NCBI GenBank assembly: GCA_964480875.1
Contig: CAYZRT010000001.1
Location: 8,130-72,129 of the forward strand
Direction: 5' to 3'
Source of the DNA: an uncultured Smithella sp.
Lineage (GTDB): Bacteria > Desulfobacterota > Syntrophia > Syntrophales > Smithellaceae
Length of the DNA: 64,000 nucleotides
The notes under the pieces: generated by a model
What the model saw: only the letters and a program-made list of their open reading frames with translations
What the model was told of the DNA's origin: nothing
Database searches by the model: none
Position numbers and translations under genes: made by a program
Shown: positions 10,093 through 20,548 of the stretch, piece after piece
Numbering within the stretch: the first letter of the stretch is position 1
Layout: the number at the start of each line of letters is the position of its first letter

Positions 10093-10542
10093 TTAAAAAC
10101 TTTTTCTACTGTCGAGTAATATCGTTACGGGACCATTGTTGACAAGTTCTATTTTCATCATTTCCTGAAATTTTCCCGCTGCCACATGACTTATTTTATC
10201 TTTTGCCTGTCTTAGAAAATACTCATAAATTTCATTGGCTTTTTGTGGTTCTTCAGCCAAGATGAAGGAAGGACGTCTTCCCTTAACGCAATTTCCCAGT
10301 AATGTAAATTGAGAGACAACCATCATATCTCCTTTGACGTCCAACAGAGATTTGTTCATCTTATCGTGTTCATCTTCAAAAATACGCAAATTTATAGATT
10401 TTTCCAGTATATAATCCGCGTCTGACTTATTATCATCCTTGGCGACTCCCAAGAAAATAAGCATCCCCCCGTTGATAGAAGATAATTCCTGATGATTGAT
10501 TTTGACACAGGCATTGTCGACTCTCTGAATAACTGCACGCAT
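10093..10542 (-). CDS. dtd: D-aminoacyl-tRNA deacylase
   Basis: MRAVIQRV.. N-terminus and the SQFTLLG..KGRRPSF motif. I chose the internal ATG (M18 of the tracked ORF) because Dtd proteins begin at MRAVxQRV. Confidence 0.9.
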   Translation of the reverse strand: MRAVIQRVDNACVKINHQELSSINGGMLIFLGVAKDDNKSDADYILEKSINLRIFEDEHDKMNKSLLDVKGDMMVVSQFTLLGNCVKGRRPSFILAEEPQKANEIYEYFLRQAKDKISHVAAGKFQEMMKIELVNNGPVTILLDSRKSF

Positions 10543-10778
10543 TGGGAATACCTTTAAAAATTCCTGTATCTCTAGCAATAAATTTCCCCGCATTCAAGCA
10601 ATTTCTCTTATAAAATAATAAATTGAATAAATTTAAGCTAGTTCAATTTTCCTTGACAGGCTTAATTTTTGTTGTTAAGGACACGCCGGTTTAAATTTTT
10701 ATGGGCGTTTGTGAAAGAATTCAAATAATAATTTCCTTTCAATGTCTATAAACTATAATTATTATAGGGGGTTACTAA

Positions 10779-11060
10779 ATGATTTGTAAGACAGTTAAAG
10801 CGGGATTTGAATGCGCTTTTATGACTAAAAATGGTTGCGGTTTTGTTAACGGAATTTGTGCAACTGTCGTAGATAAGTGTGAAGGATGCGGAAAAATCAT
10901 TGATTATGAATCGGGTAAGTATTGCAGGGTTTATACTGACCCGGCGAGTAAATGGCTCAACGGGAGATGCCCGACCGCGACGCATGTGAAACTGGAAATA
11001 AAAGAAACGCAGAAGATAAACCCACTTAAAGCGTCGAAGAGAGCAAGCAAAAAGGCTTAA
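10779..11060 (+). CDS. small Cys-rich protein (PxxKW-type)
   Basis: 93 aa with 10 Cys and a DPASKW (P-x-x-K-W) motif. A GGGGG RBS lies upstream and a strong terminator downstream. Confidence 0.6.
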   Translation: MICKTVKAGFECAFMTKNGCGFVNGICATVVDKCEGCGKIIDYESGKYCRVYTDPASKWLNGRCPTATHVKLEIKETQKINPLKASKRASKKA

Positions 11061-11085
11061 CACAATCCCCGCATTGATAGCATAA

Positions 11086-11118
11086 TAAAAAGCCGGCTGA
11101 TAAAAGCCGGCTTTTTAT
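11086..11118. terminator. bidirectional rho-independent terminator
   Basis: aaaa-AGCCGGCT-gataaa-AGCCGGCT-tttt lies between the convergent Cys-rich and MerR genes. Confidence 0.8.
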
Positions 11119-11121
11119 ATG

Positions 11122-11466
11122 TCAACTGACGAGCTGTTTAATTTGTTGTAATTCCTGTTTTATGCGCAACAGAAATAACTTTTGTTTTTCGTTGTCTTTT
11201 TCCCCGGGCTCATCATTACTTCGCAGCTTATGAAGCTGCTTTTTCGCACCGTCAATCGTAAAACGTTGCGAGTAAAGCAGATTTTTGATTGTTAATAATT
11301 CGTGAACGTCTTTCTTTCTGTATAATCGTTGCGCGGTTTTTGTTCGGACAGGATTTACAGTTTTGAATTCAGTCTCCCAATACCTGATGACGTAAGGCTC
11401 GACGTTCAGTATTTTACTTACTTCACCAATGCGAAAATACGCCTTATCGGGAATTATCGTTTCCAT
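11122..11466 (-). CDS. MerR-family transcriptional regulator
   Basis: 114 aa with the HTH YFRIGEVSKILNVEPYVIRYWETEF. It lies downstream of ihfA. Confidence 0.8.
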   Translation of the reverse strand: METIIPDKAYFRIGEVSKILNVEPYVIRYWETEFKTVNPVRTKTAQRLYRKKDVHELLTIKNLLYSQRFTIDGAKKQLHKLRSNDEPGEKDNEKQKLFLLRIKQELQQIKQLVS

Positions 11467-11560
11467 TCAGGTCCCTATAATATAACGAATTCATTAAACG
11501 GCAAAATCATTATGATTCATTCATTGAATAAAATATTTTTACCGTTGGATTTACAACTAT

Positions 11561-11833
11561 TTAATTCAGAGCTTTTCGCAGAACCTGTGAAGATTTAAAA
11601 GTCAGCACTCTCCTGGCTGTGATGGAAATTTCCTGCCCGGTCTGTGGATTGCGGCCACGTCGCGCTCTTTTTTCTTTGACCATGAAGTTGCCGAAACCGG
11701 AAATCTTGACCCTCTCCCCTTTGGCCAGACAATCCTTGATAAGGTCAAAAACAGACTCGACGATATCTGAAGAATCTTTTTTGGAAAACCCGAGCTTCTC
11801 ATGAACGTTCTGAATAATATCAATTTTCGTCAT
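11561..11833 (-). CDS. ihfA: integration host factor alpha subunit (HU/IHF family)
   Basis: 90 aa with GFGNF..RRGRNPQTGQEI arm motifs. It sits directly downstream of pheST, as ihfA does in many bacteria. Confidence 0.8.
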   Translation of the reverse strand: MTKIDIIQNVHEKLGFSKKDSSDIVESVFDLIKDCLAKGERVKISGFGNFMVKEKRARRGRNPQTGQEISITARRVLTFKSSQVLRKALN

Positions 11834-11871
11834 ATTTTTTTACCTCCATTTTAACTTTATTATTATTTGTC

Positions 11872-14283
11872 TTATGATCTTATTTTTGCACCTGTCAACT
11901 GAACAGTCTTTTGCACGAGTCTTTCATGAATGTTACTTATTTCTTCATCAGTCAGCGTTCTATCAGCGGCACGGTAAGAAAAACGCAACCCCAAGCTTTT
12001 TGTTCCTTCCGGAATTCCCTTTCCTTTATATACATCAAAAACAATAACATTTTCAAGTAAATCTTCTTGCTGCTGCCAAACGGTATTGATCATTTGATCC
12101 GCTTCGATCATCTCTGGAATAACAAAGGCCGCGTCCCGCGTTACCGCCGGATATTTTGAGAGCTCATGATAGATTATCCTGTTTTCTTTATAAGCGGTTG
12201 TTAAAATATCCAGATTAATTTCAAATACATAAACACTATTTATGAAATTATATTTTTCCGTGATATCGGGATGCAGTTCCCCTGCAAGACCGATTGTTTT
12301 TTCATCTAAAATGATTTTGCATGATTTTCCCGGATGCAAGAACGACTCATTGACCAAAGAAATATACTTGCAATGGTTGATTTTCAAATCATAGAAAACA
12401 TTTTCCAGACAACCTTTTAAAGTATAAAAGTCAGCGGTTTTACCTGAACTCCAAAAATCATCCGTAATGTTTCCCGTGATAAGTCCTGCAAGAATGTTAT
12501 CTTCTTGAGGCAGTTCTCCGTCTTTACGGTTAATAAAAATTCTTCCTATTTCAAATATTTTTAAATCGGATGAACCGTTATTTACGTTTCTATTGAGTGT
12601 ATCCAGCAAACCATAAATCATGGTTGTACGCATGGCAGAAAGCTCTTCACCCAGGGGATTATGAATCTTGACAAAGTTCCGTCTTGGATCATTTTCCGGC
12701 AAAGAAAGAATATCAACAGCCAGTGGTGTCCCAAAACTATAATTGACAACTTCCGTAAATCCACTGCCGACCATTAATTGTCTCAATTTTTCTTCCAGTT
12801 CCAGACGGGGTATCAAATCCATTTCCATAACGGATACTTTCGGCAACGTAAGCGGTACTTTGTCAAATCCATAAAGCCTGATAATTTCTTCAATAAGATC
12901 CACTTCCCTCAAAATATCGACGCGACACGTAGGCGGCGTCACAAGATATCTCCCCTTCCCGTCCGGTTTCACAATCATGCCTATTTGTCGCAATATCCGA
13001 ACAACATTTTTGGCGTCTACGGGAGTCCCTATGAGTTGATGTATGCGTTCCAAACGCAAGGGGATGTTTTGGGGAGAAAAAACTTTTTGCGGATATTCAT
13101 CGATATAATTTTTGCAGATGGCACCTCCGGAAAGATCCGCAATAAGTTGCGCCGCGCGGTTAAGAGCGTTGACTACCCCTTCCGGATCAATGCCCCGTTC
13201 AAAACGAAAAGCGGCATCCGTTGGCATCCCTAATTTGCGCGCTGAACGGCGTATGGATGCAGGAGTGAAGTATGCGCTTTCCAGAAGAATTTGCTGGGTA
13301 TCTTCTTTGACTTCCGAATTGAGCCCTCCCATGATTCCACCGATGGCTACAGGTTTGACTCCGTCACAAATCAATAATGTATTGGAAGGAAGAATGCGGC
13401 TTTTGCCATCCAGAGATATAAATTCTTCATTGTCTTTTGATTTGCGGACGACGATGCGTCCTTCTTCCAGAAAGCGAAAGTCAAAAGCGTGCAGGGGTTG
13501 TCCCATTTCCAGCATGACAAAATTAGTGACATCAACAATATTGTTTATCGCGCGCATTCCGGCAGCTTCCAATCTGTTTTTCAGCCAGATGGGAGATGGA
13601 CCTATTTTAACATTTTTAATCATTCGAGCCGTGTAACGGGGACAAAGATCAGCATCTATTATTTTTACCGATGTGAGAGAATGGATGTCTTCAGCTTTTT
13701 CTTTGATCTTGATGGACGGCCGCTTCATTTTTTTCCCGGTGATAGCTGCCACTTCCCGCGCAATGCCTATCATGCTCAAACAGTCGGAACGATTCGGCGT
13801 AACATTGACGTTCAATACGGTGTCTTCTATATCCAGCGATGATTCAAGCGGTAATCCAAGAGGCAAATCAGCCGGGAGATGCATAATGCCCGATGCATCA
13901 TCTCCTATTTCCAGCTCCGCCGAAGAACACAACATGCCATCTGATTTCTCGCCGCGTAATACGGATGATTTGATCGTATAACCGCCGGGAATTACAGCAC
14001 CGATTTTTGCCAGTGGAACAATGTCTCCTGATACGATATTCTTTGCGCCGCAAACAATAGGATAGGTTTGTGTCCCATCATGGACGTCACACAAAGACAG
14101 GCGATCAGCCGAAGGATGCGGCTTTACAGACAAGATTATGGCGACAACAACGCCGCTGAATTTAGGAGCGATCGTTTTGATCTCATCGACTTCCAAGCCT
14201 GTCATGGTCAGCTGATGAGCCAGCTCGTTGGACGTTAGATCGATATCAATATAATCTTTAAGCCATCTGAGACTTACCAGCAT
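11872..14283 (-). CDS. pheT: phenylalanine--tRNA ligase beta subunit
   Basis: 803 aa starting MLVSLRWLKDYIDI, with the tRNA-binding, B3/4, B5 and FDX-ACB regions. Confidence 0.97.
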   Translation of the reverse strand: MLVSLRWLKDYIDIDLTSNELAHQLTMTGLEVDEIKTIAPKFSGVVVAIILSVKPHPSADRLSLCDVHDGTQTYPIVCGAKNIVSGDIVPLAKIGAVIPGGYTIKSSVLRGEKSDGMLCSSAELEIGDDASGIMHLPADLPLGLPLESSLDIEDTVLNVNVTPNRSDCLSMIGIAREVAAITGKKMKRPSIKIKEKAEDIHSLTSVKIIDADLCPRYTARMIKNVKIGPSPIWLKNRLEAAGMRAINNIVDVTNFVMLEMGQPLHAFDFRFLEEGRIVVRKSKDNEEFISLDGKSRILPSNTLLICDGVKPVAIGGIMGGLNSEVKEDTQQILLESAYFTPASIRRSARKLGMPTDAAFRFERGIDPEGVVNALNRAAQLIADLSGGAICKNYIDEYPQKVFSPQNIPLRLERIHQLIGTPVDAKNVVRILRQIGMIVKPDGKGRYLVTPPTCRVDILREVDLIEEIIRLYGFDKVPLTLPKVSVMEMDLIPRLELEEKLRQLMVGSGFTEVVNYSFGTPLAVDILSLPENDPRRNFVKIHNPLGEELSAMRTTMIYGLLDTLNRNVNNGSSDLKIFEIGRIFINRKDGELPQEDNILAGLITGNITDDFWSSGKTADFYTLKGCLENVFYDLKINHCKYISLVNESFLHPGKSCKIILDEKTIGLAGELHPDITEKYNFINSVYVFEINLDILTTAYKENRIIYHELSKYPAVTRDAAFVIPEMIEADQMINTVWQQQEDLLENVIVFDVYKGKGIPEGTKSLGLRFSYRAADRTLTDEEISNIHERLVQKTVQLTGAKIRS

Positions 14284-14298
14284 AAAGCAATGCTTCTC

Positions 14299-15315
14299 CT
14301 AAAATTGTTTAAGAAAACGGATATCATTTTCAAAGAATAAACGGATATCGGAGATCCCGTACTTCAACATGGCGATACGTTCCAGACCAAGACCAAAAGC
14401 AAACCCGGTATATTCTTCCGGATCATAATTTACATACTGAAAAACGGCAGGGTCAACCATGCCGGAGCCCAGTATTTCCAGCCATCCGCTTTGTCCGCAA
14501 ATCCGGCAACCGTTTCCTCCGCACATAACGCAACGAATATCAACTTCCGCCGATGGTTCTGTAAACGGAAAAAAGCTTGGTCGAAAACGCAACACGGTAT
14601 TTTCTCCGAAAATATTTTTTAGAAATGCCGTAAGAATTCCCTTGAGATCGCCGAAAGTCACTCCCTTGTCCACCATCAGCCCTTCAATCTGGTGAAACAT
14701 CGGAGTATGGGATACGTCAGAGTCGCGTCGATAAACCTTTCCGGGAGACAAAATTCTCAAAGGGGGACGAATTTTTTCCATGACTCTAACCTGCACCGGC
14801 GACGTATGTGTACGAAGGACTATATTGTCGTCAATGTAAAAAGTATCCTGCATATCTCTAGCCGGGTGATCCCTGGGAATATTCAGCGCTTCAAAGTTAT
14901 AATAATCCAGCTCTATTTCCGGACCTTCCACAATGGAAAAACCGAAAGAAGCAAACACAGAACATATTTCTCTGCGTATCTGAACCACGGGGTGAATCCG
15001 TCCTCGCTTTATCCAGTTTCCCGGTAACGTGACGTCTGTTTTTTCTTTTAATACAATTTCTTCTTTAATCTTTTCCGATTGTTTTTGGATCGCTTCATCA
15101 ATTTTTGCATTGAGAGAGTTCTTCAATTCATTGCATAGCTTTCCGAATAATGGTTTTTCATCATCGGAAAGTCGGGCAATATTTCTTAAAAGACCGGTTA
15201 AAAGTCCTTTTCTGCCGAGATATTTTGTTTTGATATTTAAAAACTGATCTTCGGTTTTTGCCGTACTCAATTCGGCAAGGGCATTTTTTTCAAGATCCTG
15301 AAGCTCACTCATCAT
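14299..15315 (-). CDS. pheS: phenylalanine--tRNA ligase alpha subunit
   Basis: 338 aa with class II motifs (HPARDMQDTFY, FRPSFFPFTEPS, GFAFGLGLERI). Confidence 0.97.
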   Translation of the reverse strand: MMSELQDLEKNALAELSTAKTEDQFLNIKTKYLGRKGLLTGLLRNIARLSDDEKPLFGKLCNELKNSLNAKIDEAIQKQSEKIKEEIVLKEKTDVTLPGNWIKRGRIHPVVQIRREICSVFASFGFSIVEGPEIELDYYNFEALNIPRDHPARDMQDTFYIDDNIVLRTHTSPVQVRVMEKIRPPLRILSPGKVYRRDSDVSHTPMFHQIEGLMVDKGVTFGDLKGILTAFLKNIFGENTVLRFRPSFFPFTEPSAEVDIRCVMCGGNGCRICGQSGWLEILGSGMVDPAVFQYVNYDPEEYTGFAFGLGLERIAMLKYGISDIRLFFENDIRFLKQF

Positions 15316-15320
15316 GCCGA

Positions 15321-15671
15321 TTACTTGCCTTTAGCCAATGCCACAATGTGAGCGAAACCCTGTGGATCGTTTACGGCCAGTTCCGCAAGTATCTTACGGT
15401 CTAACGCGACGTCGGATTTTTTCATGCCGTCTATCAAACGACTGTATGATATATCGTTGATGCTGGCGGCGGCACTAATACGCGCTATCCACAGTTGACG
15501 AAATTCTCTTTTTCTCGCCCGGCGATCGCGATAAGCATATTTCATTGCCTTGTTGACCGCTTCCGTTGCGGTTCTCAACAAGCGACTGCGGGCGCCAAAG
15601 AATCCTTTGGCAAGTTTTAATACCTTTCTTCTTCTTTTACGAGCATTAACGCTCCTTTTGATCCTGGACAT
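15321..15671 (-). CDS. rplT: 50S ribosomal protein L20
   Basis: 116 aa starting [24 protein letters not shown]. Confidence 0.97.
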   Translation of the reverse strand: MSRIKRSVNARKRRRKVLKLAKGFFGARSRLLRTATEAVNKAMKYAYRDRRARKREFRQLWIARISAAASINDISYSRLIDGMKKSDVALDRKILAELAVNDPQGFAHIVALAKGK

Positions 15672-15717
15672 TTTTCATTTCTCCTGATTTTCATCGATGC
15701 TTATTTATTCCAATTCT

Positions 15718-15915
15718 TTATAGATACGGAATAAGTTTTCTAATCTCTTTATAGTTTGCGGAATCAACCAGAGTTGATTGCCTTAAAGTCCTTTTTCTCT
15801 TTGTCGTTTTTTTTGTCAGGATATGGCTGGCGAATGCTTTGCTGCGCTTGATTTTACCCTTGGCTGTCAGCGAAAACCGTTTTGCCGCTCCTCTGTGCGT
15901 TTTTAATTTTGGCAT
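15718..15915 (-). CDS. rpmI: 50S ribosomal protein L35
   Basis: 65 aa starting [14 protein letters not shown]. Confidence 0.95.
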   Translation of the reverse strand: MPKLKTHRGAAKRFSLTAKGKIKRSKAFASHILTKKTTKRKRTLRQSTLVDSANYKEIRKLIPYL

Positions 15916-15933
15916 GTGTTTCCCTTTCTTTGC

Positions 15934-16446
15934 TTATTGTTTTTTGGGTGAAAAAATCATCACCATGTTTCGACCTTCCAGGCGTGGCTCTTGATCAATG
16001 ATACATTCGTTGGCCAACTCGTCCCTTATTTTTCCCATTAATTTTCTGCCGATATCTGTAAAAGCTATCTCTCTTCCTCTGAACATCATCGATACTTTTA
16101 CCTTATCGTGATTGCTTAAAAACTTTCTAATGTGTTTCATTTTAACCTGCACATCGTGTTCTTCGGTCTTTGGTTTCAGTTTAATTTCTTTAACCTGGAT
16201 TGTTGTCTGGCTTTTTTTAGCGTCGTGCAGTTTTTTGTTCTGCTTATATCGATACTTGCCGTAATCCATTATTTTACAAACGGGTACATCGGAAGACGAC
16301 GAAACTTCCACTAAATCCAAACCTGCTTCATCCGCCTTGGCTAAAGCTTCCTCAAACGTTATGATACCCAGTTGCGTTCCTTCTTCACTGATGACGCGAA
16401 CCGTGGCAGATTTTATTTCCCTATTGATTTTTAAATCCTTAACTAT
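15934..16446 (-). CDS. infC: translation initiation factor IF-3 (non-canonical ATA start)
   Basis: The tracked ORF starts at an internal Met. The frame stays open upstream (IVKDLKINREIKSATVRVISEEGTQLGIITFEEALAKADEAGLDLVEV), which is conserved IF-3 N-domain sequence. An in-frame TGA lies two codons above the ATA at 16446-16444, and GGAGGTG lies 4 nt upstream of the ATA. Confidence 0.85.
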   Translation of the reverse strand: MVKDLKINREIKSATVRVISEEGTQLGIITFEEALAKADEAGLDLVEVSSSSDVPVCKIMDYGKYRYKQNKKLHDAKKSQTTIQVKEIKLKPKTEEHDVQVKMKHIRKFLSNHDKVKVSMMFRGREIAFTDIGRKLMGKIRDELANECIIDQEPRLEGRNMVMIFSPKKQ

Positions 16447-16488
16447 ATGTCACCTCCTGCAAATAAAATTTATTTCAAACCATTCAAT

Positions 16489-18402
16489 TTATTGTTTTTT
16501 TGCGCATAGATCCTGCAATAACGCAATAAATTTATCAACAGGCATCGATCCCATATTTTGGCCGTCACGCATGCGGGGAGCAACCGCCCCGGCTTCCACT
16601 TCTTTATCGCCAATGACCAGCATATAGGGAATTTTCTGCATTTGCGCCTGGCGAATCTTGTATCCTAATTTTTCGTTTTCAAAATATCTTTCCGAGCGAA
16701 TACCCGCCTCGATGAATTTATGGTGAACGGTTTCGGCATAGGGGATATGTTTGTCCGTCACCGTCAGTAAAGTACACTGAACCGGCGAAAGCCAGACGGG
16801 AAATGCTCCCGCGTAATGTTCAATCAACACGCCCATGAAGCGTTCAATCGCTCCCAGAATCACCCTATGCAGCATGACCGGACGATGCTTTTCTCCGTCA
16901 GCGCCAATATAACTCAGATCGAATCTTTCAGGCAGCGTAAAGTCACACTGAATGGTTGCGCACTGCCATTTTCTTTTCAAGGCGTCTTTTAATTTAAAGT
17001 CAATTTTCGGACCGTAAAAAGCTCCATCGCCTTGATTCACTTCATAACGCATATGACTGTCCTTGAGGGCGCTTTCCAGAGCCATCGTTGCCAGATTCCA
17101 GTCTTCATCGGAACCGATTGATTTCTCCGGCCTGGTACTCAATTCGACTTCAAATTCGAAACCAAAAATACTCATCGCATCGTTGACAAAATCGGCAATG
17201 GCGCGAATTTCCGAGTTTAACTGTTCCGGGGTGCAAAGGATGTGTGCGTCATCCTGCGTAAACTGTCTGACCCTCATCAAGCCATGCAAGACACCGGTTT
17301 TTTCATGTCGATGAACCGTGCCCAATTCAAAATAGCGCAGGGGCAAGTCCCGATAACTTCTAATCTTTGATTTGTAAATCAACATGTGTGAAAGACAATT
17401 CATCGGTTTGATGCCGTAAATTTGTTCATCCACCTCGGTAAAATACATATTTTCGCGGTAATGATCAAAATGGCCTGATTTTTTCCAGAGATCAACTTTA
17501 AGAATCTGCGGCCCCATGACCATATCATAACCGCGTTTCAGGTGTTCCTTCCTTTCCCAATCTTCAATGAGATAGCGCAGCATCATTCCCTTGGGATGGA
17601 ATATGATCAGCCCTGCGCCTGCCTCTTCATTGACCTGAAAGAGATCAAGTTCTCTTCCCAGCCGGCGATGATCTCTTTTTTTCGCTTCTTCCAGTAAATT
17701 CAAATATTCATGGAGTTCAAGCTCGTTGGCAAATCCGGTGCCGTAAATCCGTTGTAACATTTGATTATTTTCATTGCCGCGCCAGTACGCTCCCGCAACA
17801 CTCAAAAGCTTGAAAGCTTTTATTCTTCCCGTTGAGGGTATGTGCGGTCCCCGGCACAAATCAATATAGGCTCCCTGTTGATAAATGCTGACGTCTTTGA
17901 TTTCTGCGGGCAAATCATTGATTAATTCAACCTTATAACTTTCACCTCTATTTTCAAATAACTTGATTGCCGCTTCACGAGTCAGTTCTTTCCGTATGAA
18001 TGGATTATCCTCTGCAATAATCTCTTTCATTCTTTTTTCAATTTTCGGAAAGTCCTCCATGGTAAAAGGTTCTTTATATTCAAAATCATAGTAAAAGCCG
18101 TCTTCAATGGAGGGTCCGATGCTTACTTTGGCGCCGGGAAAAACCTCCTGCACGGCCTGAGCCATGACGTGAGATATACTGTGACGCAAGATAGACAGAC
18201 CTTCGCTTGAGGATACGTCTATTAAATCAAGTTTCGAATTATCCGTGATGGGATAGCTTAAATCGACGGGCATCTTATTGACTTTTACCGCGACTAGATA
18301 AGATAACGTTTCCTTTTTCCATTCTTTTATCGCATCAAGTGCAGAAATTCCTGCCTTGAACAAAAGTTCCTTGTTATCCGGGAAAATAATTTTTATATCC
18401 AT
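16489..18402 (-). CDS. thrS: threonine--tRNA ligase
   Basis: 637 aa with TGS, editing, class II core and anticodon-binding regions. Confidence 0.97.
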   Translation of the reverse strand: MDIKIIFPDNKELLFKAGISALDAIKEWKKETLSYLVAVKVNKMPVDLSYPITDNSKLDLIDVSSSEGLSILRHSISHVMAQAVQEVFPGAKVSIGPSIEDGFYYDFEYKEPFTMEDFPKIEKRMKEIIAEDNPFIRKELTREAAIKLFENRGESYKVELINDLPAEIKDVSIYQQGAYIDLCRGPHIPSTGRIKAFKLLSVAGAYWRGNENNQMLQRIYGTGFANELELHEYLNLLEEAKKRDHRRLGRELDLFQVNEEAGAGLIIFHPKGMMLRYLIEDWERKEHLKRGYDMVMGPQILKVDLWKKSGHFDHYRENMYFTEVDEQIYGIKPMNCLSHMLIYKSKIRSYRDLPLRYFELGTVHRHEKTGVLHGLMRVRQFTQDDAHILCTPEQLNSEIRAIADFVNDAMSIFGFEFEVELSTRPEKSIGSDEDWNLATMALESALKDSHMRYEVNQGDGAFYGPKIDFKLKDALKRKWQCATIQCDFTLPERFDLSYIGADGEKHRPVMLHRVILGAIERFMGVLIEHYAGAFPVWLSPVQCTLLTVTDKHIPYAETVHHKFIEAGIRSERYFENEKLGYKIRQAQMQKIPYMLVIGDKEVEAGAVAPRMRDGQNMGSMPVDKFIALLQDLCAKKQ

Positions 18403-18426
18403 AACTTATATAGTTCTCAGTTAATT

Positions 18427-18458
18427 TTAAAAGGGCATCCCTGTAATGCTGATGCCCT
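18427..18458 (-). terminator. rho-independent terminator after tRNA-Val
   Basis: The minus strand reads GAGGGCATC-agcattacag-GGATGCCCT followed by TTTTAAAA. Confidence 0.7.
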
Positions 18459-18499
18459 CAAAGTGTATATAATTTAAGACATTCTTCTTTAAATTAAAA

Positions 18500-18574
18500 T
18501 GGTAGGCAAGCAGGGATTTGAACCCTGGACATCCACCGCGTCAGGATGGCGCTCTCCCCCTGAGCTACTTGCCT
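18500..18574 (-). tRNA. tRNA-Val (anticodon GAC)
   Basis: Minus strand: AGGCAAG-TA-GCTC-AGGGGGA-GAGC-G-CCATC-CTGACGC-GGTGG-ATGTC-CAGGG-TTCAAAT-CCCTG-CTTGCCT-A-CCA. This is a full cloverleaf of 75 nt with an encoded CCA. Confidence 0.9.
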
Positions 18575-18603
18575 ACAAAATAACATCGCAATTTCGAGGT
18601 GGC

Positions 18604-18632
18604 TTAATACCAGCAAATTGCACCGATGTCAA
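18604..18632 (-). promoter_or_regulatory. candidate sigma-70 promoter of tRNA-Val
   Basis: The minus strand reads TTGACA-17 nt-TATTAA, about 30 nt upstream of the tRNA 5' end. Confidence 0.55.
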
Positions 18633-18654
18633 GCTAAATATCTTATATATTAGC

Positions 18655-19209
18655 TTATTTATCTGATGAACGGTTCAGAATGTTTATCCCTTTAAATATA
18701 TAAACCAGGCCGGAAAGAATGGTGAATAAAGCCGTCAACCAGGAAAGACATCTAAGCAGTTGAGAGTAATCGATGGCATCAAAAGTAAACGACTTTAGAA
18801 AAAGCGCTAAAAATAAGGTGCCTATTTGTAATGCCGTGGTTATCTTGCTGATAAAAACCGGTTTTATTTCATAGGGTACTGACATCATCGATAGCGTCAT
18901 GATTCCCATGAGAATGATTAAATCTCTGCTAATGACAATGACAGTCAGCCAACTGGGAATCAAACCGAAAATCGACAGGGATATAAAACCGGTTGATAAG
19001 AGTATTTTATCAGCCAGAGGATCAAGAAAAGCGCCGAGTTGGGTTTGCTTATTGAGTATTCTGGCCAGCATTCCGTCCAACGCATCCGTTATCCCGGCAA
19101 AAGTAAAGACAATGAGAGCCTGGCCGTATTCACCCTGAATTAAAAATATGATTATGACAGGAACAAGAATAATTCTTAATAAAGATAAAAAATTAGGTAT
19201 GTTCATCAT
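18655..19209 (-). CDS. pgsA: CDP-diacylglycerol--glycerol-3-phosphate 3-phosphatidyltransferase
   Basis: 184 aa with the CDP-alcohol phosphatidyltransferase motif DALDGMLAR..G..LDPLADK. The protein is polytopic. Confidence 0.85.
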   Translation of the reverse strand: MMNIPNFLSLLRIILVPVIIIFLIQGEYGQALIVFTFAGITDALDGMLARILNKQTQLGAFLDPLADKILLSTGFISLSIFGLIPSWLTVIVISRDLIILMGIMTLSMMSVPYEIKPVFISKITTALQIGTLFLALFLKSFTFDAIDYSQLLRCLSWLTALFTILSGLVYIFKGINILNRSSDK

Positions 19210-19269
19210 GGTGTTTTTAAAACAGGTTTTCCTATGAGTATTCTTTTGCCATTTCCATTATATCTTAAT

Positions 19270-19866
19270 TTAACTGCTCAGCATGGGGCCGTCCGGAAGC
19301 TTTTTGATAATTTTATTAACAACGTCATTGATTAATGTTTCAAAACCGTCACTTAATTTTTTTTTCAGCCTTTTATCGGTAAGGTCGAAATATCTTCTGG
19401 TCGATTCGGATTGGGCGTTCCAGAGAATTGTCCCGTTATCGGTGCTGCGCAGTTCGCAGACTACCGTTATTTTTACAGGCAAGTAAAATATTCCGGTTTT
19501 ATAATTTTCTGTCAAGGAGCAATACATTCCGGCGTCGGCACCTACGGCATCTTTTAGCGCCAGGGGAGGAATGGCACTCGTTCCGCCTGTTTTAGAATCT
19601 CCCGGTAAAGATTTCAGTTTGGCATCCATCTCGTCCAACGATATTTTCGAATATCCTTTAAAATAGATTTCATCAAAAAGCTTTAAACGTAATACGTTAG
19701 ACGCTTTGCTTTCAGAATCATTGCTTTCTATTGGAAGGATGGCAATAAATTGAGCATTAATTTTGTCAGAACCGTTTTTGCTCACCACAGTTTGAGAGTT
19801 GTTGAAACAACCCATAATCATGAATATCATGGTGATGAACAAAAGGCTGAATTTCAGAAAGGTCAT
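19270..19866 (-). CDS. putative lipoprotein
   Basis: 198 aa with a signal peptide and lipobox (FMIMGC). No family was recognised. Confidence 0.6.
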   Translation of the reverse strand: MTFLKFSLLFITMIFMIMGCFNNSQTVVSKNGSDKINAQFIAILPIESNDSESKASNVLRLKLFDEIYFKGYSKISLDEMDAKLKSLPGDSKTGGTSAIPPLALKDAVGADAGMYCSLTENYKTGIFYLPVKITVVCELRSTDNGTILWNAQSESTRRYFDLTDKRLKKKLSDGFETLINDVVNKIIKKLPDGPMLSS

Positions 19867-20008
19867 GATTTTCTCTCTTTATATATAAAGTAATTACTTT
19901 GAGTCATATTCAAAAAACGTGACCCCATCACGTTCTGTTTCTTGAAGAAATAAAATTTTAAAGATTAATTGATAATGCAAGAAGTTTATCAGTCAAACGA
20001 TAAATTCA

Positions 20009-20407
20009 TTATGATTCAGCAGTATTATTTTTCTTTAATTTTTCAATTTCTTCTTTAATGATTCTCTCCGCTATTTCAGGAAACATTTTACGCGTTATGC
20101 TTTCGACGATTCTTTCAACCCTTTGCAAAATATCTTCGTATCTTTTTTTGTCTAATTGATTCTCATCAATGATATCAACCAAATTGTATACTTCTTCATT
20201 CAGTTGAGAATCATTTTCGTAACCTCTTCCGTCAACAACAATGACTTCCTGATGGTTGCTGTTATTCTCTGCTTCTACTTCGTCCGTCAAATTATGTACT
20301 TTTCTATTTTCATGATCTATGGAATTCGCATTCACATGAATCTCCCCATTTTTTTTACCCGATAAAGTGCATAAATTTTTATAAAGATTTTTTCGAATAG
20401 TTATCAC
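20009..20407 (-). CDS. hypothetical acidic protein (start uncertain, GTG)
   Basis: 132 aa. It has an acidic middle and a helical C-terminus (RVERIVESITRKMFPEIAERIIKEEIEKLKK). No clear RBS was seen. Confidence 0.4.
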   Translation of the reverse strand: MITIRKNLYKNLCTLSGKKNGEIHVNANSIDHENRKVHNLTDEVEAENNSNHQEVIVVDGRGYENDSQLNEEVYNLVDIIDENQLDKKRYEDILQRVERIVESITRKMFPEIAERIIKEEIEKLKKNNTAES

Positions 20408-20548
20408 AGAGCATAAAACAGTTCAAGATATATATCATATTATTTCGACATAAAAATTATGCATCCAATCGATTTTTATGATTGACATCCTGGCCTTCTT
20501 TCATGTTAAATGCACAATATTAGAAGATCATTCTGAACAAAAGAGCCT

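Noticed and set aside
10746-11063. 105-aa minus-strand ORF opposite the PxxKW-type Cys-rich gene
   Set aside because: The plus-strand frame has a strong RBS, a regular Cys pattern and a terminator. The minus-strand translation has no features and would run into the dtd promoter region.
18403-18654. tRNA-Val as a possible integration hotspot or genomic-island boundary
   Set aside because: There is no integrase, no direct repeat of the tRNA 3' end, and housekeeping genes (thrS, pgsA) lie immediately on both sides.
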